A stretch of DNA of 60,728 nucleotides, counting the filler. It is 7 parts of 7 records of this genome, joined end to end, with 100 filler letters (N's around TTAATTAATTAA, not from the genome) between each part and the next. Parts side by side here need not be neighbours in the genome. Positions count along the whole stretch, not along the records: positions 27,674 to 33,636 come from SRR31147125_43061; positions 33,737 to 43,825 come from SRR31147125_43066; 5 more parts are not named here. One strand, 5' to 3'. Position 1 is the stretch's first letter; each line of letters begins with the position of its first letter. This document shows, one piece after another, positions 32,377 to 42,300 of the stretch. The notes below the pieces were generated by a model. The model searched no databases. It was not told where the DNA came from and saw only the letters and a program-made list of their open reading frames with translations. Position numbers and translations under genes: made by a program.

Positions 32377-32661
32377 ATGAAAAAAGGAATCAAAACATAC
32401 ACATACAAGGGCACAACATGTCCGTACAAATATATTCGGATCTATGAACTGCCTCAGGACGTGCAAGATAAATTTAAAATTTTTTTGGGAAAAACTTGCC
32501 GGAACGCTCCTGCTCCTGAATATGAGAAAGGACCATGTGCATGGGTTCATGATTATGAAGACTTTGCTCGGGGGGCAGATCCATACGAAGGCCTGAAGGC
32601 CATTGAAAAATGTGTTGAACAGTATATGGTTTCACTGAAAAATAAATGTGAAAAACTGTGA
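32377..32661 (+). CDS. Small hypothetical protein resembling the phosphoesterase C-terminal domain
   Basis: AGGA RBS; KYIRIYELP aligns to KFIRISELP of the upstream gene. Confidence 0.7.
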   Translation: MKKGIKTYTYKGTTCPYKYIRIYELPQDVQDKFKIFLGKTCRNAPAPEYEKGPCAWVHDYEDFARGADPYEGLKAIEKCVEQYMVSLKNKCEKL

Positions 32662-32914
32662 GCCTCCCCCGCCTAAGAAAGACTTCAGATGTCGAAAAAT
32701 TGCGGTGTTGAGGAGATGGAAAAAAGGATGCACTGCAAATCAATAGCATTAGACAAACGGGTGTTGCTCAAGGGCTCTCTTAACGACTTTTGTGTCGCTT
32801 GGGATAAAACAGCACATGCTGATCATATCATCGCCGTGAAGTGACAATGGTTTGTTAAATAGAGGGTGCCGTGGAATTAATGAACGACCTTGGAAAGGAA
32901 CTGAACATACTGAA

Positions 32915-33376
32915 ATGATCATCTATATTGATATGGACGGTGTTATGTGTCAGATGTCACTGAGAGATTTGAAATCAGCTTACAAGAAAGCACGTATAGA
33001 AAATCCTGACCATTCATTCCCTCCTCCCATACCAGGTTTTTTTGAAAATCTTTCACCCATACCCGGGGCAATTGATACTGTGAATTGGCTACGGAGCCGG
33101 GCAGAAGTGTATGTTCTGACAGCCCCGAGCGTAAGAAATCCTTTATCATACCTTGAAAAACGTTTGTGGATAGAAAAATATTTTGATTTGGATTTTTGCT
33201 ATAAACTCATTCTCTGCCCGAATAAAGGTATAGTGAAGGGAGATTTCCTGATAGACGATAACAAAAGAGGAAAAGGACAAGATAAATTTGAAGGTAGCTT
33301 GATTCATTTTGGTTCTTCAGAGTTTTCAAATTGGCAAATTATTCGAGATTACTTTGACTTCTTGGCTGTGAATTAG
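32915..33376 (+). CDS. HAD-family 5'(3')-deoxyribonucleotidase (NT5C type)
   Basis: IYIDMDGV; GFFENLSPIPGA; LTAPS; EKRLW; GDFLIDD. Confidence 0.88.
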   Translation: MIIYIDMDGVMCQMSLRDLKSAYKKARIENPDHSFPPPIPGFFENLSPIPGAIDTVNWLRSRAEVYVLTAPSVRNPLSYLEKRLWIEKYFDLDFCYKLILCPNKGIVKGDFLIDDNKRGKGQDKFEGSLIHFGSSEFSNWQIIRDYFDFLAVN

Positions 33377-33636
33377 GTGTATTAAATTGAATCTAAGTGA
33401 TTCTCCCCCAAAAAACTGTAATCAAGATTAAACTATTTTTATGGAATATTCAACCAGTAAAATGAACCGGTCGAGCCGGTTATTTTCGTTTTATGTCTCA
33501 GACATGTTTTCGATAAATCATGTCCAATTTCAATTAAGAATTACTGAATATAAAAAAGAAAAGCCGCTACAAGGATTTGAATTATGACACCAGCTATTCA
33601 ATTGAAATACAGGAAGATACCACCATTCTTTTTTTT

Positions 33637-33736
33637 NNNNNNNNNNNNNNNNNNNNNNNNNNNNNNNNNNNNNNNNNNNNTTAATTAATTAANNNNNNNN
33701 NNNNNNNNNNNNNNNNNNNNNNNNNNNNNNNNNNNN
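33637..33736. other. Artificial contig linker
   Basis: N44-TTAATTAATTAA-N44. Confidence 0.98.
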
Positions 33737-33752
33737 TTTTTAGGGCAATCAC

Positions 33753-34211
33753 GTGGAATTTACTAAAAAAATCACTGAATCAACCGAAGAGATATTTAAC
33801 ACCATGTTGTTCATGGAGATTTCGCCGAACGATCCTCTAGCAGAAGGCAAACAGGCCATGGGGTGTCACATTTCGGCGATGATCGGGCTGACCGGTGATT
33901 TTTCCGCCATGCTTGGGATACATTGCCCAGAGGATGTCGGCCTCGGAATCGCTGGAGCCATGCTCGGAATGGAGTTGGAAACCGTCGACGCGGATGTTAA
34001 AGATGCGATGGGCGAGATTGCCAACATGGTGGCGGGTGGTTTAAAAGAGCGGTTCAGTGGCGAGGATGTTAATCTGGAACTGGCAATCCCGACAGCGATT
34101 GCTGGAAAATCGTATACCATCTCTTCACCGACCCGCAGCAATAAAATAATCATCCCTTTCTCTGTCGATCAGGGGCAGTTTTTTGTCGAGATAAAATATA
34201 ATCTCAATTAG
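33753..34211 (+). CDS. cheX: Chemotaxis phosphatase CheX
   Basis: SAMIGLTG; DAMGEIANMVAG (E-x-x-N); LAIPT..G. Confidence 0.9.
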   Translation: MEFTKKITESTEEIFNTMLFMEISPNDPLAEGKQAMGCHISAMIGLTGDFSAMLGIHCPEDVGLGIAGAMLGMELETVDADVKDAMGEIANMVAGGLKERFSGEDVNLELAIPTAIAGKSYTISSPTRSNKIIIPFSVDQGQFFVEIKYNLN

Positions 34212-34321
34212 TGCCACGCCATGCGCCTTGTCTTTGTGCATGTGCGAAGCTCTGAACATAACAGCTGGCACGTGACGGGACTTGAGCCCGTCCGACACAT
34301 TGTCTGCAAGATGAGGTAACT

Positions 34322-36252
34322 TTGGAACAACGGGCTCTCATAGATGTCATCTGCAAGGCCGGGATGGAAAGTCTCCCCAGTGAGATCGGTGCCCTGCTGG
34401 GACAGGATCTGATCTGTTCTGACGTCAAGCTTGACCTCATCACCAAAGAAACAATCTTTGCAAATCCGGAACGTGCCAAGACCGCCTTTACCCGTATGAC
34501 GGTCGGCGGTGACCGCGACGGCAACAGCTACCTGATGACATCATTGTCGGCAGCTGTCATTCTGGCTGGAACCCTGATCATGCTGCCGGAAGACATGATC
34601 GAGGAAAATGTTCAGAGCGGCAAGCTGGACGGCGAAATCAGCGATGCCTTTGGCGAAGTTGCGAACATCATCGCCGGTGTTTTCACTCAGGTTTTTGTCG
34701 ACAAATATCCGAAGACTCTCCGTTTTATCAAAACCGACGTTGAAGAGCTGGTCCCGACAAAGATTGATCTGGACAGTGACGCACCCTTCCCGCCCGGAAA
34801 CTTTTACGTTGCCAGCTGCCAGATGAAGCTCGGTGAGCAGGATCTGGGGCCGATGGAACTGGTCGTCCCGGCACGCGTCTTTGAACTGGAAGATGATCCT
34901 GAAGCAGCCGCAGAAGCGGAAGCGGCGCCTGCAGAAGAGACGGCCCCTGCCTCTGAGGAAGCTCCAGCGGACACCGCTCCTCAAGCGGAAGATGCCTCCG
35001 CAGCCCCAGCCGAAGAAGCTCCAGCAGCGGAACCTGCGGCACCGGCAAAGCCTCCCTTTGCGGATGCAAAGAAGCTCACGGATGTTGTCTTCAACGCCAC
35101 AATCGATCAGGCCAGTGAAGAGGTCGGTGCCCTCCTCGGCCAGACCCTGACTTGCGACGATGTCAAGCTGGTCATGACCAGCAAAGCCGATTTCTTTTCC
35201 AGTCATTGTATCGATAAATCGATCATGACCCACTTGAAGGTCACCGGCGACAAAGAAGGTCTCGGCTACATGATGATTCAGGTTCCGGATGCCGTCATCC
35301 TCGGCGGAACCCTGATCATGCTCCCGGAAGATCAGATCGAAGAGCAAAAGAGCGGTGAGCTTGAGGGAGAAGTGGCCGATTCCTTCGGTGAGATTGCCAA
35401 CATTCTGGCTGGCAGCCTGACCCAGGTCTTCCTTGATCGTTACCCGAAACAGATTCGCTTCGTCAAGACGGACACCGAGACCATTGTCCCGACCAAGATC
35501 GACGCAGCCTCCGATGCTCCTTTTTCTGAAGGGGACTACTATCTCGCCTCCTTTGCCATCCATATGGAAGGATTTGAGCTGAACCGGATTCAGCTGATCT
35601 TCCCCGCAGAAATCTTTGATCTGGATGATACGGCGCCACAGGAAGGGGAATCCGCCCCGGTCGCAGCAGCGGCCGACTCCGCTCAACCAGCGGATGCTAC
35701 CGCAGCCGATGGTCCGGCACCTGGCGAATGGGGTGGCCCTCCCGCTCAGGATGAGGGATCTGGAGCGCAGGCAGGACAATCGCAAGCAGCAGGTGGAAGT
35801 GCAAAAGTGCCTCGGACAGCGGTGCGCCCGCAGCATCAGGAGCGGCAGCACAGTCACAAGAAGCCCCGGCGAAGCCCACCGGACCACCAATTGTTCTGGT
35901 CATCAGTGATCAGGCTCAAGCCACGGAGCATTTAACCGGAATTCTTACGACCGCCGGATACGACTGCCGCCCGTTGTCATTTCAGGATGAAGTGAAAGAA
36001 CTGTTCCAGTCAAATCATGTACTGGGTATTTTCCTGATGATGGAGCAGGTGGGAGAAAAGGGATTTGCGGCAGCGATCAAGCTTCAGGCGGCTGGGCGAC
36101 CGCTGCCACCGATCATCTTTGCCGGTCCAGAGTGGACCAAATCGGCGGTTCTCAAAGCAGTCAAATACGGGGCAAAAGATATCCTGATCACCCCAGCCAG
36201 CGATGACGAGATTCAGAATAAACTCTCTCTGCACATCAAGAAGGCCAGTTAA
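34322..36252 (+). CDS. Protein with two CheC/CheX-like domains, Ala/Pro/Glu linkers and a C-terminal atypical receiver domain; frameshift at A4 35803-35806
   Basis: Internal repeat with FGEVANIIAG and FGEIANILAG; adding one A reads through PIVLVISD..AVKYGAKDILITP; TTG start after GAGGT. Confidence 0.75.
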
Positions 36253-36331
36253 CGCAGTCACTGGCGACTGCGATTTCAGATTTGAAATCTGATCTTTCAT
36301 ATCGCGTAAAGCGATGTCTGCTTGATGCGTT

Positions 36332-37361
36332 TCAAACTTCCAAATTTTTCTTTTTAATCTTTTCGATCAATGTCGTTCGCTTCAGGTTCAGCAGGCGGGC
36401 CGCTTCTTTTTTGTTACCACCCGTCTTCTGCAATGCCAGCAGAATCAATTTATCTTCGAAATCGCTGATCAGAGTGTTGAAATCGAGCCCTTCGTCGGTC
36501 CATTCCGCAACCGGCGCTGTCAGTGATGACGCGGAGCCCCCCTTCACTGGGCACCGCAACAGACGGTTCCTCCAGAAAGCAATCCTCGGTGCGGTACTTT
36601 TCCGGCAGTTCCTTCAAAGAAATCCGCTTGCCGCGATTAAGGATCACCAGACGCTGCATCAGGTTCTCCAGCTCACGCACATTGCCGGGCCAGGGATAGT
36701 CTTTCAGGCTCTTCATGGCGACGGCATCAAAGGAGGTCTTTCGATCGGTCTTTCGGCGGCTGAAACGCTCGACGAAACGCTCAATCAATAGAGCGATATC
36801 ATCTTTGCGCTCACGTAGAGGCGGAGCAATGAGTGGAATAACCGCGAGGCGATAATAGAGATCTTCCCGAAAGCGGCCCTCGGCCACCAGCTGTTCCAGA
36901 TTCTGGTGTGTGGCCGCAATCACCCGGACATCCACCTTGGTCGGCCGCACACCCCCGACCTGCTCAACCTCACGCTCCTGGAGAACGCGCAACAGCTTGG
37001 CCTGCAGGTTCGACTTCATATCGCCAATCTCATCGAGGAACAAGGTTCCACCATCGGCAAACTGAACCCGGCCGATCTTCGACTGCTGGGCGCCGGTAAA
37101 TGCGCCCTTGACGTACCCGAACAGCTCACTCTCCAGAAGTTCATCCGGAATTGCGGCGCAGTTGACCGGAACAAAGTGGGAGGTCTTCCGCGGGCTGTTT
37201 TCGTGAATCGCCCGTGCTATCAGCTCTTTCCCCGTCCCGCTCTCCCCCTGAATCAGAACCGTACTGTCACCTTCTTCGGCCACACAGGAGATCAGCTCGA
37301 ACAGCTCAAGCATCTGCGACGATTGACCAATCATTCCCCCGAATCCCTTAGCGGCAACCAT
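36332..37361 (-). CDS. Sigma54-dependent transcriptional activator (AAA+ plus Fis HTH, no N-terminal sensor); frameshift at C6 36537-36542
   Basis: GESGTGKE, ESELFG, GAFTGA, FLDEIG, WPGNVREL; HTH GNKKEAARLLNLKRTTL lies in the downstream frame. Confidence 0.88.
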
Positions 37362-37432
37362 ATTTATACCCGATCAAAAATGATGAAATATTGACACAAC
37401 AAGCAAAAGATGAGCAAAGGATAATCTATTTC

Positions 37433-38395
37433 CTATAATGTGTCAATATTTAGACACGGAGAATTAAAAAATATAGGCTTCTTCGAATTATGAGGTCCGA
37501 AGACGCAAAATATGCCCTCCTTTTTTATCAATAGCGCTGTTAAGACCAACAAAAATCGGATCCATACACCAATGGACACCAACCACATTAAAAAACCAGG
37601 GTACTGATGTCGAAAAAACTTCCTGTAAAAACGCATCATCCCCCTATGTTTATGCCATTCAACAAAAATGGGCTGTTTCTGGCTACATCCACCCAAGTGG
37701 TGAACAACCTGAGCATCCGGAACGAATATTATCTTCCACTCTCTCTGGCGAAAACGCATGCACCAGTCAAGATCTTCACAATGTAGAAAATAACCTTCAT
37801 CCCAAAAACCAACATCTTCAACCGCTGCCCTCTTAACCAGCGTACAGGCGCCTGAAATAGCTTCAACCTCAGCAGGTTCTTCAGGCAGAGGCTGCAGGTG
37901 CAGAACAAAGTCCTCAAACAACCGGGGCCAACGTTTGGAAAACCTGCTCAAGCCAAAAGCCCTGACAAAGGAGCGCCATGGCGTCGGAACCGAGCGTCTC
38001 CCTCCAGCCTGTTCCGTACCATCCGGGTTGACCAACAAGCCCCCAACCATGCCTATTTTTTTATCGGATTGAAAACTATCAAGCATTCGCTTGAGTGACT
38101 TTTGCGAGAGAATGCAATCTGGGTTCAGGAACAGAACATACTCGTTTGTAGCCAATGCATACCCTTGGTTACAGGCGGCTGCAAAACCAAGATTATTGTC
38201 GTTAAGAATATACAGAATTTGATTTGAACTGGGGAATTCGGAACGACACGCATTCAAACTTCGATCGGTCGAGGCATTGTCAACAATGATAATTTGATTG
38301 CAAAAAGTGTTTATGGAGCTAACACACTTTTCAAGGTATTCTCCAGAATTATAATTAACGATAATCACAGAAATTCGAATAGACATAGATCCCAT
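37433..38395 (-). CDS. Glycosyltransferase family 2 (WbbL/rhamnosyltransferase-like)
   Basis: IIVNYN; VDNASTD; NLGFAAACNQG; LNPD; ISGAC; HCEDLDWC. Confidence 0.88.
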   Translation of the reverse strand: MGSMSIRISVIIVNYNSGEYLEKCVSSINTFCNQIIIVDNASTDRSLNACRSEFPSSNQILYILNDNNLGFAAACNQGYALATNEYVLFLNPDCILSQKSLKRMLDSFQSDKKIGMVGGLLVNPDGTEQAGGRRSVPTPWRSFVRAFGLSRFSKRWPRLFEDFVLHLQPLPEEPAEVEAISGACTLVKRAAVEDVGFWDEGYFLHCEDLDWCMRFRQREWKIIFVPDAQVVHHLGGCSQKQPIFVEWHKHRGMMRFYRKFFRHQYPGFLMWLVSIGVWIRFLLVLTALLIKKEGIFCVFGPHNSKKPIFFNSPCLNIDTL

Positions 38396-38419
38396 TTGGC
38401 CAATCAGATAAAAACAAGC

Positions 38420-39328
38420 TTATGCTGCCATTCCTGTCTTGCCCCGCAGACCATCAGCAAGCCCTTTGAACATCCATTTGACAGCACTTTTCCTGTCCTT
38501 ATAAATAAACAGATAAACAATAAAGAGCCTGACCAGTCGCAGGATATCACCACTTATCCACTTGGCGGGAGAATGAGGGAAACGATAGAGCAGCAGACTA
38601 TTTCGAAAGATATAATATAAACGAAATGGCTTATGAAGCGGTTGAGCATACCACCTCAAAAACCAAAAACGCAATAAACGCTCACCCAGTGAATGGGTCA
38701 TGACAATATCATCAATGCCAAGGCAGGCAAGCCCCATATCTTTAGCACGGAGACACCACTCCGTATCGACATGATCAATAAACAACCCTTCATTGAACAG
38801 CCCGACGCGCTCGAACGTTGAAATATCGTAAAATGAACCGGAGGATATCAAGAAATCCGCATCGACAAGGGAGCTACTGTCTTTACATCTGTGATAAGAA
38901 TTCCGAAACCATTCAGACCTGACAAACATCGACAAATGTCCGTTTTCCGGATTACGAAAGCGAGGACCTAGAGCAGCAATTTCATTGGCAGCATCCAGCT
39001 GCTGACGATGAACTTCCAGATACCGCTTAATAGCACCAGTGGGTAAAATACTGTCTTGATCCAGCAAAAGGACAAAGCGACACCCGCTGCGCTGCGCATA
39101 ACCAATTCCGGCATTATGAGCAGCAGCAATTCCTTTGTTGTCGTTCCAGAAAATGCCTTCGACATTATCAAACGACGCTAGGATGTCGCCGAATGCCTCA
39201 TCTGACCCGTTATCAACGATGCAAACCGTTTCAACCTGTCCAGAAACTGCAGACACAACGGCCTGCAGAACGTCCGGATCCGGATTATAGGTAACGCAAA
39301 CTGCGCAACAGCTGTTCATTGAACTCAT
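38420..39328 (-). CDS. GT2 rhamnosyltransferase (RfbF/RhlC-like)
   Basis: VTYNP; GIAAAHNAG; LLDQDS; LISSGS; FIDHVDTEWCLR; RLYYIFRN. Confidence 0.88.
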   Translation of the reverse strand: MSSMNSCCAVCVTYNPDPDVLQAVVSAVSGQVETVCIVDNGSDEAFGDILASFDNVEGIFWNDNKGIAAAHNAGIGYAQRSGCRFVLLLDQDSILPTGAIKRYLEVHRQQLDAANEIAALGPRFRNPENGHLSMFVRSEWFRNSYHRCKDSSSLVDADFLISSGSFYDISTFERVGLFNEGLFIDHVDTEWCLRAKDMGLACLGIDDIVMTHSLGERLLRFWFLRWYAQPLHKPFRLYYIFRNSLLLYRFPHSPAKWISGDILRLVRLFIVYLFIYKDRKSAVKWMFKGLADGLRGKTGMAA

Positions 39329-39347
39329 AATACCGACCAACGAATCG

Positions 39348-42300
39348 CTAAATATCTCTCAACTCATGGCGAGCCTGTTGCACCAGACGACACCGTTCAG
39401 AGTTGATGCCTGCCGCATCAGGAACCTCCATCCCTTTTTGCAAATGAACAATGAATTCACATCCCTGCGTATCATGGAAAGACCGGATCCCGAACGAAGA
39501 GTGGCCCAGAAGCTTGATATCCAGAGTGAGTAGTTTAAAAAACGATGGCGTAAATCTCCAATTATGAACGTCGATGTAATAGTCGACATTTTGAGCTTCC
39601 TCCATCTTGGAAAAAGCATCATCCAGGGTCGGATGGATAAAAGAATAGGCTCCAGGACAACCTTTTCCCCAGGAAACAACATCGCCCTTTTTCGAAATCA
39701 ATGAATAATGATCCCAGATCGCTCCAAGAGTGTGTCGCTTCCTTTTCTCGTGAAAGGCTTGTATCACATCACCTGGCGTACTAGGAGGTCTGAATATATC
39801 GAAACAATAGCGTTGATCGGGAACCGCGAGACACAATATGCCGTTTGGCACAAGCATGGCCTCGCACTGCTGTAAAAACGATACCATATCTGGCGTATGC
39901 TCTATAACATGTGACGCGATAATCCAGTTATAATAGTCCTTTTTCCCTGTCAACTCATGCAAAGGTTCTCCAGACCAGACATAGTCGACATCTTCAATTC
40001 TGGACACATCAACATCTGAATCTTTGTACTTTTCCCTTAATGCCGCGGCATCTGCATGGTCAAGTGTCTCAATACAATAGCCTGCTTTTTTAGAGACCAC
40101 AGGACTGAATGAAGGGCCTATTTCAAGACCGACTCCACTCATGTCAAGCCCACTGATCATTTTTTCGTTACGGGTCAAACCTGGATCGGGAACATACCGA
40201 CCGAGAGAAACTGGATTCTGCTTTGGGGAATTTATGCTCAACAGAGTCAAAGCCTCCAGCCATTTAACGGAATTCCGATCAAGCATACGCTCATTCCACA
40301 CGTGTCCATGCGCATTCCGAGCAAGTCTTTTGCGCAATTTTACATCTGAAATCATCAGAGACAGGCTTTCGGACCACTCTGAAAGAGTTCCAGCTAACAA
40401 ACCGTTTTCCATTTGCCTGACAGTTCCAGAATAGGCCGGCACGTCAGAATAGATGCCGGGAACTCCAAGAGCTGAATAGTCCAGAAATTTGATATCCGAC
40501 TTGGAGCGGGCGAATAGAGAATCCTTCAAAGGCGCAATGGCAAAGTCCCATTTGATGTTTTGACAGAGCCAGGCAACAAATTGAGGATAGGGAACCGATG
40601 AACTTGGAACAGTTCGGACTGTCACCGGCAAATCATTGAATAGTGATGAAATCAGGGGTTCATTTCCAATACCAACAATTTCGAACTTCACTTCGGCGCC
40701 GAAACGATTCAAACAGGCACGTATTGGCACAGCAACAGACAACAGGTCTTCAAAGTGGGTGAAGGTTCCCATGTATCCGAAAACAACCTGACCGCCCGGC
40801 CCACTTGCGTAATCAACATCTCGCGCGGATGCAAACAACTCTTCATCGAGATAGTTAGGCACAACGGCGATATTGGCATTAAGCGGCTGAAGCCGCTCCG
40901 CCAATGGCTGGGAGGAGACCAGAATACCGTCAGCAAAACGGGCCATCTGACGAATCCACATTTTTCTATTTTCAGAAGGTTCATCAGCCGCACCGATTTC
41001 TGCATTGACACTAAGTAGATCATCATCTATCTCATAGAAAATCTTTGTCCCTTTCTGACGCAAAGTACACAGGTCTGAATGTAATTCATACCAGTTACAG
41101 GTGTAGTTCCACAGACGCTCTATGATCAACATGTCGACAGGGTGGTCTGGGAGATCACAGCCATACGACAGATCGATCCTGGATTTCAGTGACGGGTGAG
41201 CTAACGGTTTTAATAGACGAATTTCGCCACAGCCATGAGGGGTCGTCCCGACAGAATGTTCATAGAGCACGTGAACGCGCAATCTGATCTCAGCCATTCT
41301 TTCCTCCGTCGTCGGGTCTAAATCGGGCTGGACCTCTTTCCAGTCTGAACCAAAAAGGGTCTTCAACATGGAGGTCGCGCTCCCTAGCGGTGAATAAGTG
41401 ACCACATCAAGCGCATTTTTGCGTATTTTCTCAAGCAGGTTACGATTTTCGACAATCTTGCACAGTGCTGCAAAAATCGCATCTTCGTCTTCTGTATCGA
41501 CTAGTATGCCGTTATATCCATCGGTTATAATTTCACCCAACCCGCCTGACTCAGGACCAACAACAGCAGCACCATGGCCCATGGCCTCCATAGCGGTCAA
41601 CCCCATCGCCTGAAACGTTGAGCAATCCAGAAACAGATCGGTATTCGACAGAACAGCAGAAACCCTCTCATTATCAAGAACTCCCAACATCCGATGCTTA
41701 AAATCAAGAGAGAACTTAGTTAAAAATTTATCCCCGGAATCGACACCAAAAATGTCAATCACAACCCGGTCGCCAAAATGCTTGGACAGTCGCTTCAGCA
41801 CTTTCAGGGTCATCTCCGGAGCTCTTCGGGGCGTACTGGGTCTGACCATGGCAAGCACTCTGACAGTTTGATTCAGCTGAGGCCCCGATGAACCCGGGTG
41901 ATGCGTATCGACATTAAAACTCGGTCCAATTATAGCTGGCCGAACCCCAAGCTGTTTCTCAATCACCCTGCAGTTCCACGATGTCTTGGTAAACAACTTC
42001 AAACCTTTAATCAAATTATAGCTCTCCAGAGCCTTTACGTAATCCTTCGATCCCTTTTCAAAAAAATCCGGCTCGAAATCCTGAATATAATAACTCAGAA
42101 CCGGTTTATTCCTGTCGTTCTCCAACGACTTCATCCAATAAACGGTCAGATACAAGGTCGCAACAACCGCATCGAAGCCTTCGGAAAACGCCGACAAATC
42201 ACCCGGACTGCGCATATAGAGCGTCGGAACATTGTTATTCGGATGACTTTGCTCAAACAACTCCCGGTTGAGTTCAAGGTTGGCAATCCAGGCATCCACC

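Noticed and set aside
32680..32845. Possible HNH endonuclease remnant (C-x2-C after an indel, then ADHII)
   Set aside because: Needs an assumed frameshift, stops right after DHIIAVK and lacks the N and C-x2-CH motifs; too weak to support.
34212..34321. Sigma54 promoter or c-di-GMP riboswitch between cheX and the CheC-like gene
   Set aside because: TGGCAC is present without a correctly spaced TTGC, and the hairpin GACGGG/CCCGTC lacks riboswitch consensus motifs.
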